64,000 nucleotides of DNA from Chiloscyllium plagiosum. Lineage: Eukaryota. Every line of letters begins with the position of its first letter. Within the stretch, counting starts at the first letter, position 1. The translations under genes and the position numbers were made by a program. Location: the NCBI RefSeq assembly GCF_004010195.1, contig NC_057728.1:41436179-41500178 (forward strand). Reading direction: 5' to 3'. Of this stretch, positions 26,801 to 40,039 are shown in pieces. The notes beneath the pieces are model-generated. The model ran no database searches. It saw only the letters and a list, made by a program, of their open reading frames with translations, and was not told the origin of the DNA.

Positions 26801-29599
26801 AAACTCAAGGCAATGCACGATGTCTTTATGCACCTTCATCTTTACATAAACTACTTCATCTTTAAGTATCTTCTCAATAGTCATTTTCTCCACCATTTTC
26901 TTATGCCTGTTTATGATGTGCCTAGAAATTTTTTAAGTTTGAGATGCCATATTTATTATCCACTATTACTGATCAATCAACCACTGGAAATCTTTTGTTT
27001 CGTATCTTAAAGTCTTTCAAAGTTCACATTCATTTAGATCTTATGTCAATCTAAATTGTTCTGAAGAATACAACCTAAGCTTTTAATATAGCTAATCTTA
27101 ACTATGGGAAGAATCTTCTGATCCTGGAGGAAGCACGAAGAAAGGCAGCTGGAAGAACTTAATTGAGTAAGAGTCAATAATTCAGAATCTTGTCGAAGGG
27201 ATGAACTTTAGCAATTAAATTCTCTGATCTTAAAAGATGAGTCAATCTTCCTGATTGTAGATGTTGGGAAGCTTGTCTGCATGTGTTTGCATCTCACTCT
27301 CAAATAGGTTCTCACAATTTCAGAAATGCATGCCTTCAGATACCAGACTCTAGGGTAAGGAGCAGCATGGCCTGCTAAGGATGGGACACTATCCATCGAG
27401 AACAATTGGGTGGAAGAATCGGGTAGAAGACTTGGCACCATGGCACGTTTCTGTCCTGTTTGGACCTGGCTCAGGATGTTGACTGGGAAGGTTACTTCAC
27501 AGAGAATTGAGTATCCAGTGCATCATCAACTATGCTCCAACTTCACTGAAGAAAAGCTGAAGCTTGTGTATGGGAAGGTGTACTAATATGCTTTAAGAAC
27601 CCGAGGCAATGCACAATGTCTTTATGCACATCGATGTTTGGCTGCAAGGAGGTGTCATCTGAGACCACACAGAATGAGGAAAAGGGCAGGGGAGGAAAAA
27701 ATGTAAGGTAAAGTGTACTTGTCATTGAGCAGGTTTGGAAGGCAAACCTCAGAGAATGCTGACTGTGCATCAATGCACTGTATTTACAGATCTGCTGAAA
27801 CTGGCAGTGCCGTGGCACAGATGAACCCAGCCCTTCTGACCTTTCCATAGTTGAGGATGAACCAGTGCAGAAGAGCAGCAAAAGCAACCATAAGCTTCAG
27901 ACCTGCAATTGAAGAAGGGGAAGATGATGGTCACGAAGGAGGTCACTTATGGTCAGGAAGGAACCAGGATAATTCAAGAGCAAAACTGACAAGCATGGGA
28001 AGACTTTACTGAGAACAGACTTCAGGCTGAATGAGCTACGGACAACTGTTTGACCTTTTGAATGGTTTTAAAACTGCCTCACGAGAGCTGGTATAACCTG
28101 TTTTTGGATATGCATCTCTCAGTTACCTAAGTTTAACTTCTATCTTTCATTGTAAAAAGGGCAATTTTTTAGCTTAAAATGCTAGTACTGTGAACCCTTT
28201 GAGGTGTCTAACGGCATAGAACCACCTAGTCTTTCCACACATTGTACAGAACTACTCATGCACATTAATGTATATTCTGATGACTTCAGAGCAAAGCAGG
28301 AATATCGGCCTTCATCAACTGAAGCTGGCCTAGTTGCTGAGGTGTCACCATACCATGTTCTCAACATGTTTACTGTGCTTTGCCGAAAACTTTGTAGGTA
28401 GACATAGGCACATACCAAGATTCCAAAGTGAAGTCAGGTTATGCCACTTCACAAATATGGATTATGCTCCACAGTTCATCTACATCATAGCTGATGTGAA
28501 TTGTCACTTTATATCCTCAATATTATACTGTCCCAGAGATCTTTCCATTCCTTGACTTTACTATTGTATTAGTTGAGCATCCTCAGTGGCAGTGTCTCAA
28601 CCACCCTATGGGTAGAACAGTTCCAAACTCTTCCTTCCACTATCCCTCCTTTATATATCAATAGCGTATTCTCCAGTTTCTATTCTGAAAATGTTTTGCC
28701 TGACCATGGAGAGACTTAACCAAGGGAAAGATCTTTCCTTTTTCCGCCCTGCTGAGCCTGGTCATACTTCTTCATTACTCATAATTGAGATTGTCTCTGT
28801 CTCTGTCTCTGTGTTTGCATTCTCCACAAGGTAGTTAACACAGGGCTATTCCCTCCACTGTTTCCTCACCTAACAAGGCTATTGCCCCTGAAATCAATCT
28901 TTTGAATATGGCTGCAATCCACAAAAGATAGCTTACCCTTCACCAGGTAATGACAACAATGTTGGGCACATCTTTGTTGATGATGTGACACAAAAAAATG
29001 GACTGTTACTGAATGACAACATTGCATTCTGATGAGACGAATACTTCACTTCTTTCATTTCAGCCAACCATGTCAGCATCTAATGGCATAATAGAACTAC
29101 AGGAAACTCACATGCAGTATGAGTCAAGGAATGGAAAGATCTCTGGGGCAGTCAAGATATATTTATAGCATTGCAGAGTATGTACATTGAATGAATACCC
29201 ATGCCACATATGCCCTCAAAATATCATCTCATTTCTTTACCTACCAAGACTACTAGGTGTTGCCCCAATATCCATAACAAAGGTTGCAGGCAGCTTGTTC
29301 GGAGCCTCTGTTGACTGTGACCTTGGCAGGCATCTTCTTGGGGTTGAAGGCCTAGAATGCCTCCGCTTACTAAGGGTCTGGACAGACGGTCACTGTCAGC
29401 AGAGTGGAGGGGCAGAGCACCTTTTGTGTGTCAGGAGACAAATCTACCTCTCTATGGAAGACTTGAGAATGAGGGATGAGTGGAGGAAGGATGAGATGCT
29501 TAACCTAGCTCCCTTTCATCTTGTCATTGGTGCACTGCATCAATGACTACAGGAATGGACTGTAGATCCAGGTGCATATCTGTCTGCTGCACCAGAGTT

Positions 29600-29691
29600 G
29601 AAATATGTGGTGCTGGAAAAACACAGCAGGCCAGGCAGCATCCGAGGAGCAGGAGAATCGACGTTTTGGGCATAAGCCCTTCTTCAGGAAT
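29600..29691 (-). mobile_element. PLE terminal fragment with decayed hammerhead
   Basis: Same family as 23973-24183; the GAAA core is mutated to AAAA. Confidence 0.8.
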
Positions 29692-30261
29692 CACCTGAGT
29701 TTCCAAGATGCCTCCAATCCTTTCCATGCCAGACCCACAACTGCTTTGGGCTGAGCAGGAGGCTCAACTCCAGCATTCCCTCAAGTGTCAGAGACGTTAG
29801 CCATTGCTTCCGTTGTTGGCTGTGAACCAATCTCTATTGATAGTCAACCAGATTAGGACTTTAAATATAATAATAGTGCACTCATCTAGGTAAATGACTC
29901 TGTACTGCTGGAGGGCACAGATGAAAGTCAAGTTGGGCATGCGCTGAGGTTTTGGAAATTTTATCCTCTGAATTGGTGGTGGAAGAGCTGCAGAGGGCAG
30001 AGGGGGACTTGGGGGAGGGTGACTCCTCTCTCTTTTGCTCTTTCGATCACTAGTACCTGGAATGGGGAGGAGAAATTTAGCTTGTGAACGTGCACACTCC
30101 TCTATCTAAATAATCCCTCTCACTGTTTGCATATCTGACAAGTGTTTTTGGAGCCTTCTCAGTTTCTGTGAGAGTCCTAGCTCTCCATTGCACAGGCAAG
30201 ATCCCACCCTTCCCTTGCCAGTTCTGCAGCATCTCTTCAAAAAAGGGTGATGTCTGGTACT

Positions 30262-30685
30262 AAAAATAACAAATGCTGGCGATCACAGCGAGTCAGGCAG
30301 CATCCATGGAGAGAAAGCAAGCTAAAATTTCAAGTCAAGATGACTCTTCATCAGAGTTGAAATGAAATGTAGAGGGGGCAGCATTTATGCTAGAGTTGCG
30401 GAGGGGGGAATGGGGGAGGATTGTGGCAGTGGAGAAAAGATGTTGATCGTTCAGATTAAGTGATCTTTTCTCCACCAGCACTCTGCACACTACCACCACT
30501 ACATCCCCCCCTCCCACAATTATAACATAAATGCTGTCCCTCCACACTTCACTTCAGCTCTGATGAAAAGTCATCTATATTTGAAACTTTAGCTTGTTAT
30601 TTCTCCACGGATCTGACCCACTGTGACCTCCAGCATTTGTTGTTTTCAGGACTAATTCCAGCATCTGCAGTAATTTGTTCCTATA
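30262..30685. mobile_element. PLE fold-back insertion
   Basis: Long inverted arms with CTGATGAA cores. TSD TGATGTCTGGTACT (30248-30261) and TGATATCTAGTACT (30686-30699). Confidence 0.8.
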
Positions 30686-33600
30686 TGATATCTAGTACTC
30701 CAGCAATTAGGGAGTCTTTTTCTCTTGTTCAGAGTTCCTGTCCTTCAGACAGATGAAAAGATGGAATGAGAATCATTGCAATGAGTGAATGAGCACTTTG
30801 TAAGTGTGCATTGTCATGGCACGTTCTGAGTCCTCCCCTGTAAGTGATTAAAAGCCAATGGATTAATCGAACAGTGTGTGATAGCCATGTCATGCTGTCA
30901 TTCTTCCCACTGGTGCTAAGGCTTGCATACAATCATCCTATCTGAGGTACCTCTGCCCTGGCACAGATGTTGTGTGTATGTTCACAGTGAATAAATAGTG
31001 CCACGTACTCTTGTACAGCATAGGAGATCATTCATATACCTCCTGCACTGGATTCACGTTCCTCTGTGAGGCTCACAGGCGCTGACCTTCACTACCACCT
31101 TGGTCTGGTCCATATAGGTCAGGTGGATTGGCGTCCTGTTTGCATCTCTGAGGAAGAAGAACCCTTGCCTTTCCTGGAAGGCCTGCAGGAGAACCTTGAG
31201 CGAGGCATCGTTGCCCTGTGGACTAATTTCTGATTGCTGAGCGACATTTCTAGGGAAGGTTGGGGCAACAACACAGGCATCAGTCATCTTCCTGGTTGGA
31301 GTGTGTGAATGCCTGCCCAGGTGTCCTTCTAATATAGCGCTCAGACCCTGGCAAGATCTGGTAAAGATGAGGACATCTTGCCTTCTTCTGCATCATAAAA
31401 TTTACCATGTCACTCATGTGAAAACTCACGTGCATATGTAATGAACTGAAACTTGTGTGTGAGATATATTAACTCCACCCCTGAGCAGAAGTGACACACA
31501 CTTCCACGCCTGCTTCGAAACTAAGGCTCCATATGGAAGATTTTATCTTTTGGCTTTTTTTCTGACTGCAATGAGCCCAAAACTTTCCAACAATAGTACT
31601 TCTAAACTGTACATATACTAGCATCCATTGCCACTGAACTTGATGGATGAAATTCTTATGGGTCTTAAATTATGTATGGGAATTATGACACAATCTGTCA
31701 GTTGAAAATCTTTTAATTATATTATCAAATTTATTCTGATTACAGACTAATAATTATTTTTCTAAGAAGTGACCTATAAGAGAGAACATATTACAATTCT
31801 TTTCATTATATCTTAATTATTATAATAAATTATATATCTTAAATAATTTGAAATACAGCAGCATCAAACTATTGTGAATTATGTATTTTTTTTTCAAAAT
31901 CTTACACCTTACTCAACTGTAACTCATTACAAGATCATTGAGTAAGTCCTCCTTTACCAACTTACATGTTGTATTCAGATTATGGGATGAACAAAATATT
32001 ATGAAAATGGTTGATACTGAATGCAGATGTGAAGATGGGAATTATCAAAAAATAGTAACAGTATTATTTGCAAGATTAAATCTGTGTGTAGAATTTTGCT
32101 ATTCCTTATCAAAGTAAATTGATCTCCAATTATTCAGTGCTGCTTTAGCTTGGATAAATAAATATTAACCTCACATCTGATAAGTAGAGAACTTTTTCTT
32201 CTTCTTTCAGTTTTAAAACAACCTTCATTTTCACTTGCTCTACACCTCTTGGATTTTTAGCGTTATTTAGATAAAAAGATAAGGTATAAAGATAAAGTAA
32301 ACAATCCAAAAAGTCAAAAATGTTCAAGTTTCTCACCTGACCTTCTGTAATTCATGGTCAATCTCAACAGAGGTGACTGGTACAAAGCTGGTCCATTTTG
32401 ATTTTAAAAACTGATGATCCACAAGGTCTAGTTTATCTATCTTACGTACAGGAGACATCACTGGCTGACAAATAGGCCAGGAACACTCATTTGCACACAG
32501 GATATGTCTATTGCTACCTCAGCCAATTTATGCTAACCTTTCAGTCAGACTAAAATTAATGTCCATGCGGTCATCAGCTGGAATAATAAATTGTATTGTA
32601 GGAAGAAAATGTGTGCAGAATGGGCTGATAGAAATATAAACTATTTTAATATCCAATTAGCTCAATATCAAAGTACATCTTTCTCTGCTTACTTGGAACT
32701 GCTCTTGAAACTGAAGCCAACAAGATTAAATGGGTTACTTTAATATCTGACATTAACAAGCTAATTATGTTTAAAGTTTAATGTTGTGGCATTGTCTTTA
32801 CATTAGGAGTGCAGCTATATTTTACAAAAGCAGCTCACAGTTTAAATGTTTCAAATTGCAATTTTAACCAGTTATAAATGTACATGCTTGAAATATTAAT
32901 ACAGTAACCTGTGATGGTGCAATATGTTGCTGTAAAGGACACTCTGCACACAACCCAGCATACCATGAAGGCATCCATTTCTCTGTAGTTACATACACAG
33001 AGTTTCAAAGATTAGTGTGACAACTGGTGCTTTTTTAAAATGTGGATTGCAGAGAAAGCAAATTAAAATTCAATATCCAGAAAGGGATCAGATATAGTTT
33101 ACATCACAGAAGAATAGCCAAAGTTGATAGGATAGTTTAGAAAACTGGATAAATATGAGATTCTCTAAATTTTCTATATTGAAACATGGTTATTTAAGAA
33201 AATAAAGCAATAAATAGCTCACCCCATCCAGACCAGGAAGTTTCATAATTCCAGTCTTGATATGTGCCACATTAGTTTATCACAGTCAGACAGGAGCTGG
33301 GTTCTACAACTAGTTTTAAGAGTCCAGATTTCAATGAGAACGTACTTGCAGTGTTTCGTAATATATAACAACAAAACATTGAAAACTGACCTGAGAATCA
33401 ATATCAATGTTCACACAGGAATAAAAACCACTTGAAAGAGGTACAGGAACGTGATTGGAATTCTTGGAATCATTTCCCAGCAAAACGTAAATTACAGAGA
33501 ATTTGTATAAAGTCTACAGCACAAAATTAAGCCATTTGGACCACTAGTCTACACTGGTGTTTACATTCCAAATGAGTGGACTACAATGTCTGCATGGTAA

Positions 33601-34239
33601 GAGCTGTCAAGATGATGGAGAGAATGACTCCCAGCTTTGTATTTCAGTACTTTCGTAAAGTGATGTGAGGAGAAGAATGAAATAGGGCTTTTATTCTGTT
33701 TGTGCATGCATGTATTATTTTCTCTTTGAAGATTTACTTTTCATAGCCAGATATTGGTTTCCACTTTTCTCGAGCCCCTTTACCTTAAAAAAAACATTTC
33801 CAGAGAGAAAGAAAACATTTGTTTTCATATTATTGTTCTACTAATTTTTTTTTAAATCAGAGGTTTTACTTCATCTATAATATATGGATTTTACTACCTT
33901 TGTCAGGCATTAAACTTGTGAAGGAGCAGGAAATCAATGTAACAGTTGCTTACCACTCTGATCCTGTTTTTTTCTTGTCCCTATGTGAACTTGCTCTTTT
34001 CAGCTGTTGAGAAGGATACCCATTGGCAGGTTGAAGGCTACTAATTTAGCAATGCAGATTGGGTCTTATTATGTCATCAGGACCAAGTGTGTCATGCAAG
34101 CTAAGGATTGGGGGTTTTGGGCACTGTCACCCCTACTATCATGCAAAACTGGTAGGAGCTAGATCCACTACTACAAAAGGCCCAGATTAATTTTATGTTT
34201 TTAATTTAGTTTCTTCTGGGGACAGGTCTCATGATTAAA

Positions 34240-35065
34240 CCTCGAGCCTCTTGGCAGAAAGGAGCAGGAGTAAGCCATACTGTCCTTCAAGCCTGTTCTT
34301 TTATTCACTAAGGTCAAGGGCTGTTCTGATCTTGTCCTCACCTCCACCTTTTCCCTAACCCTTCCTTCTTTATGGTTCAAATACGTGTCTAACTCAGCCA
34401 TGAATATTTAATAACTCAGTCTCCACAACTTTCTACGGTAGAAATTCCCTGGAAGGAGAAATATCTCCTCATTTCAATTTTGAACACATAATCCTTCTTT
34501 ATAAGACCATAAGACATAGGAGCAGATATTAGGTCATTCAGCTCATTGAGTCTGCTCCACCATTCAATCATGGCTGATAAGTTTCTCATCTCCATTCGTC
34601 CACTTTTTCCCCATAACCCTTGATCCCCTTAACAATCAAGAACCTGTCTATCTCCATAATTATACTCAATGACTTGGCCTCCGCAGCCTTATGTGGCAAT
34701 AGGTTCCATAGATTCACCACTCTCTGGCTGACGTTTTTCCTTATCTCCATTCTAAAAGGTCTTCCCTGTACTCTAAGGCTGTGCTCTCGGGTCCTCGTCT
34801 CTCCTACCAATGGAAACATTTTGCCAACGTCCATTTTGTCCAGACCATTCAGTATTTGGTAAGTTTCAATTAGATTCCCCACACTCTCACCCCCCCCACC
34901 CCACCCCATATCCTTCTAAACTCCATTGAGTGTAGACCCAGAGTCCTCAAACATTCCTCATACGTTAAGCTTTTTATTCGTGGGACCATTCATATGAACC
35001 TCTTATCCGCTCCAGAGCCAGTACATCCTTCCTGAGAAATAGGGCCCAAAACTGTGCACAATACA
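34240..35065 (-). mobile_element. Adjacent or nested CR1 3' fragments
   Basis: ORF 34586-34909 has GNLIETYQIL...TREHSLRV...SQRVVNLWNLLP. Confidence 0.85.
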
Positions 35066-35849
35066 TCTGTGATGCACCCTGGGGTATTTTCCTACATAAG
35101 CAGGCTGAATAGTTTCAAACTCATTGAATCATCTGTGGATCTGAGCCATAAATGCCATGCAATCTTGATCTGATAACAAAACGAGTTAGAATCTTCAGGT
35201 CACTGTAGTTTCTCTTTTCATTCCAGCAGCACTCCCTCCCCAGATTTCATAATTGCTAATCTATCAATATTATCTCAATCAAAGCCATAAGAATACTGAC
35301 ATATTTGTTTAAACTCTACAAGAACAGTAAATGCCATACTTTAAAACCTACCTGCAAGGCAATAATAAACAATGTGACAGCTGATAAATTTTCCTTTCTT
35401 GTTTAAGTGAAAACGTGCATCATCGGAATGTGATCTGTCACTAAAATTTACAGTTTCTCTCCACTTATATGATGGCATTTGAAAGATTGAAATGGATTTA
35501 GCCTTGCTCGATAGTTTAACTTTGTTTAATAAGGTTTTTCTTCCAAAATCCACATCTTGCACAAGTCTTAAATTATTTCTATCTTTCATTTTTAGCCTAT
35601 TTGAAGGTGCTGACTGACCACAACAAAATCATGGGTGAAACAGAATAACAAAGAATCTCAGTCGCTCCATGTTCTGTTTGAATTTTTCCTGAAGACCAGA
35701 TGACGGATGTTCCAGTACTCAACACTCCAAACAATACACCATGAAAAGATTGCAGGACTTAATTTTGAGAAAAACTTTCAGACACACCACCAATCAAGCA
35801 CAAGTATAAAAGAAAACCTACTTTCAACACATCAGCAAACTAAAGTGTC

Positions 35850-35963
35850 ATGCCCAATCAAACAGCCAGCAGCCCCCCTGACAGTAACCACGGTGCATCA
35901 ATCTTAGGATTCATGCTGATTCCTGTTACAGTCATAGCAGTCATTGGCATTGCAGTTATAGTG
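35850..35963 (+). CDS. SMIM29: SMIM29/C3orf18-family membrane micro-protein, coding exon 1 (MPNQTASSPPDSNHGASILGFMLIPVTVIAVIGIAVIV)
   Basis: ATG at 35850 with G at -3 and an in-frame TAA at 35841. N-glycosylation sequon NQT, hydrophobic transmembrane stretch, phase-0 donor GTG|gtaaca. Family is clear; SMIM29 versus C3orf18 orthology is not. Confidence 0.85.
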
Positions 35964-36058
35964 GTAACATTTTTAAAAAATTCTTTTCAACATGTTCTGC
36001 AATTTATGGGTTTACCATAATCATTCTTTTAATATATCTTTATTGCTTTTTTTGCCAG

Positions 36059-36084
36059 ATAAAGTATGTTCGAAAGAGACGCAG
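36059..36084 (+). CDS. SMIM29: SMIM29/C3orf18-family coding exon 2, 26-nt micro-exon (IKYVRKRR+R)
   Basis: Acceptor tttttttgccag and donor AG|gtaaga. Encodes the basic stop-transfer motif; compare recalled human YVQKKKR and YIRKKKR. Confidence 0.9.
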
Positions 36085-37734
36085 GTAAGAATATTTTAAA
36101 GGGGAAATTTCCTTAAATTTCACTTACAAGAAGATTAGTACTAAAAATGTAAATATTTGGTGACAGGCATGGCAGCAATGGGCAGGTAGAGGGAAGATAA
36201 GGACCTTAGCTCTTCAAAGTAATTATTTATGAATGACGAGCAGTTCTGTTTATCTTTCAAGAAACCTGGGATAGTTTCTGCACATATTATGGAAATAGCC
36301 TATATATTTCAGCAGGAATTTGATAGTATTTTGTTATTATTTCTGCCCTGTAGGCTTTCATATGCCGATATTAATTCTACTTTTCAGTTGGAAGATACTG
36401 ACATGGTAATAGGTGAGGGAGGGGTACCCTTTAAATAGATCACTGTGATGCATGGAGACTGTGATTACCACATGTCGGAAGTAGAGGGAGTCAAGAGCCT
36501 GGTGCAGTGCTGACAGCAGCTCCTGCCAGCACTTCCTTCCTGCAGGATATGAGGAACTCTGATTTCCTGATGAAAAGTGATTGAGCTAAACGTGCAGTTA
36601 ATTCATCAAAGACCAAGTTACTGTTTGTCTTGAATAAAAAAAAATCCTTAGTGCATTTTTGACAACTTTCCATTTATTTGGAAGAGCAGTAATTTTTACA
36701 AAATTCAAAAATATGTGCAAATAAATTCAATGAGCTTAAAATCGATCTAGTAATAGACGGCTTTAAGTATTGTATTGTTAGTTAATACTTTTCTATCCTT
36801 AATTAATCATCCTTGGTAAATTGCTATATGTTTTAATGGGCTTGGTTCTGGCTTCTGTCTTTAGATGTAACATGTTTTCATGTTCCTGCCTAATAATTCT
36901 ATGGACATGACTTCCTTATGAATGAAACAGGAAAGATCTCATCAGCAATTTGGACACACATGAGTCATTACATTGCACAAAGGGGAAGACATGGCCTGTG
37001 ATTTTCATTTAGGATGTGGAGCATCCTGTTATTAACTAAACTGTTTATACAAATGTCAAAAGATGTGAAACAGTGTACTATCTACAGCAATTTTAAATAT
37101 TCACGGCCTGTTAAGGGTCTATATTTAGAACGACAATACAATATTTCTCTGTTTTTATGAACTGAAATTCTTTTAATTTAGAGTCGGAGTTCAAAATAGC
37201 TAGCTGTATGACTTCATTCACGAAAGTTAGCTAAAGGTGGCACTCTTGAGTGAGAAATTCTGGTTTTGGTTCAATTTTCTATCTTCTTCAAGCATTGCTA
37301 CCATGGCTTTTTTCAGCTGGAGAGGTGGTCATCCTTCATTGTATGTTAAAAGATGGTTATCAGGGCCTCATTGTGGCACACGTTTGAGAGCTGTGCTCTT
37401 TCACAGTGGTCCTTATCTAAAATTGTAAATGCAGAAATGATCATGTTCTGAGGTCAAGTCATTTTGAATAACAGTCTGGTTGTCAAGACTATGATTTCAA
37501 CTTCTGATGGTGTAAGCTGATGATTTAGTATCTGACTGTAGAAATAAGGGCAACCCTGAAATATCTCTATCTTAAATAAGCAAAACACTAAACATATGAA
37601 CTGCAGTCATCATAGGTCAGAAGGTGCTCAACTGGTTAACCGTAAATCATTTCTCAACAGATTAGGTGGTATTTCCCAAATAATTGCTATTGTACTCAAC
37701 TTATACAGCATATAGTTTATTTTTGGATTTTTTT

Positions 37735-38280
37735 TTATTCATGGGATGAGGGCATCACTGGCGAGGCAGCATTTATTGCTCATCCCTAATTGCCCAGAAG
37801 GCAGTTGAAATCAACCACATTGCTGTGGGTCTGGAGTCACATATAGGCCAGAGGAAATGACCTGGGAGTTGCAGTAGGAGAGGGACTCCCTGAGATTCTT
37901 GTAGAGAGAGGAGGAAAACTTCTTCAAGGCAGGCATCCTTGCAAGAGGATTTGCAGTAGGTTTAAAATCAATGAGGTAAAACAATGACTAGCCCAGCAGT
38001 TCAGGCAGCATCCAAGGAGCTTCGAAATCGACGTTTCGGGCAAAAGCCCTTCATCAGGAATAAATGCCGGGCTTCCCTCCATAAAGGACATCAGTGAACT
38101 AGATGGGTTTTTTCCGCAATTGGCAATTGATTTTTAGTAGTCATTAGATTCTTAATTCCACGTAATTATTAGAGTCAAATTCTGCCAGCTGCCATGGCTG
38201 ATTTCGAACCCAGCTCCCCAGAACTTTACCTGGGTCTCTGGATTAACAGTCCAGTGATAATACCACTAGGCCATCGACTC
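37735..38280 (-). mobile_element. tRNA-derived SINE with LINE-like tail, interrupted by PLE sequence
   Basis: Reverse-complement head has TGGCCTAGTGG (A box) and GGTTCGAAATC (B box). Tail AATTAGGGATGAGCAATAAATGCTG. Confidence 0.8.
37853..38065 (-). mobile_element. PLE fragment nested in the SINE, with intact hammerhead core at 38030-38057
   Basis: Core CTGATGA-A-GGGC(TTTT)GCCC-GAAAC-GTC is identical to the one at 63260-63287. Confidence 0.8.
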
Positions 38281-38379
38281 TGGTTGAGTAATAATTGATT
38301 AAAAAAAAAAGAAGCGCAATAAGACTTCAAGAAAAATTATTTTCTAAGGAAAGTGCAGGATTATTGTTGAGCTGTTGTA

Positions 38380-39925
38380 TCATCATCATCTTGTTGCTTA
38401 CCATTGACTGGAAATTAAACCAGGCCACCTACATAAAATCAGAGATTACCAGAGCAGGTCAGAGGCTAAGTATTCTCGAGCGAGTAACTCGTTACTTTAG
38501 TTTCTATCATTCACAAGGCACAATTCAAGTGTTCAATGTGTCATCCTGCCAAAGAAACACAACTAATTGCATGCAAACTGCTTAATCAACAAGTGATAGG
38601 CAGAACTGACCTAGGGTCTGCAGTGCTGCAATATTTTGTTGAGAAAGGTGGTGAAGCTCACTGGTGGAGGGTCCACAATCATTCCCATTCTTAATGATAG
38701 GGATGGGGGAGGCCAGCATATAAGTACAACACATAAGGCTGAAGAATTTGCAACAGTTGTCAGCCAGAAGTGCCCAGTGGATGATCTATCTCTGCCTGCT
38801 CCAGAGATCCCCAGAATCACAGGTGCCAGTCTTCAGCAAATTTAATTCATTCCACATGATGTCAAAAAAACAGCTGGAGACAGGGGATGCTACAAAGGCT
38901 ATGGCCCAAGCAGTTTCCAGCAATAGTACTGTAGGCATGTATTCCAGAATTTACCTCATCCCTAGCCAAGTTGTTTCTATACAGTTACACGACAATGTGT
39001 AAGATTGCCAGGCTACGACCTGTACACACAAAGCAGGACTAATCCAATTACCACACCACCAATCTACTTTTGACCTCATCAATCTAACCATTACCCCTTG
39101 ACATTCAATGGCAACACTATCACTGAATTCTCCACTATCTACATCCTGGGGGTTACTACTGACCAGAAACTGAACTCACTAGCTACATCAGCTAGCTTCG
39201 CCATAGTCGATATCGTTTTATGAGGCGTAAATCATGTTTGCTTAATTTGCTCGAGTTCTTTGAAGATGTAACAGCAATATGGATAATGGGGATCCTGTAG
39301 ATGCAGTATATCTGGACTTCCAGAAGGCAATTGATAAGGTGTTGCACAAAAGGTTAACATGCAAGGTAAGATTATATGGTGTTAAGGGTAATTTATTTGT
39401 TTATAAAAGTTTAGCTAATCAACTGAAAGCAGAGATTCAGGATAAGTGGATCTTTGGCTATGAGAATTTGTTTGCCTGGATGAGGGCAGCTCCACCAACT
39501 AGAAACTTGATTCCATTTATAACAAAGGAGCCTGCTTGAGAAGCACCACATTCATAAACTTCACTCACTCCACCACCAATGCTGTAGCAGTGTGTACCAT
39601 CCAAAAGATACACTGCAGAAATTCACCAAGGCTACTTAGATAGCACATTCCAATCCTGTTACTAATACCATGCAAAAAGATGAGGGCTGCACATATATAG
39701 GGACCCTACCACTGTAAGTTCCCCTGCAAGCCATACGCCATCCTGACTTTGGAAATATATCACCTTTCCTTTAGTATCACGGGTCTTAATCCTTGAACTC
39801 CCTCTTTAATGACAGTGTGGATGTACTTGCACTAAATGGATTCCAGCGGTTCCACCACCTTCTCAAAGGCAATTAGGGATGGGCAATAAATGCTGGCCCA
39901 GACAGCAGTGCCCACATCCCCGAGT
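38380..39925 (+). mobile_element. Mosaic of LINE RT fragments (CR1/L2 superfamily)
   Basis: KAEEFATV, VYLDFQKAIDKVLHKRL and ILGVT motifs, with a 3' tail at ~39870-39925. Confidence 0.75.
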
Positions 39926-40039
39926 TAAAAAATAAATTAGTATTAGGCTCATGTAAACATGAGAATCTGGATGGAAGTGGGCTCAGGATAAGGGCAATAT
40001 CCAAGGAGACAACTATCAGAAAAGATTAAAGGACAAAGG

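Larger units (their letters stand above)
27200..31540. mobile_element. Decayed Harbinger element: transposase traces (+, ~27400-28030) and Myb/SANT-like ORF (-, ~31015-31287)
   Basis: Minus-strand NDASLKVLLQAFQERQ...VSA...IQCRRYMNDLL is Myb/SANT-like. Plus-strand traces (WLQGG, VIEQ) are weak. Confidence 0.55.

Noticed and set aside
35707..35907. 66-aa ORF as the main gene product
   Set aside because: The transmembrane and family-matching frame is a different one, starting at 35850.
38190..38280. tRNA gene
   Set aside because: A and B boxes continue into a SINE body and tail; no intact cloverleaf.
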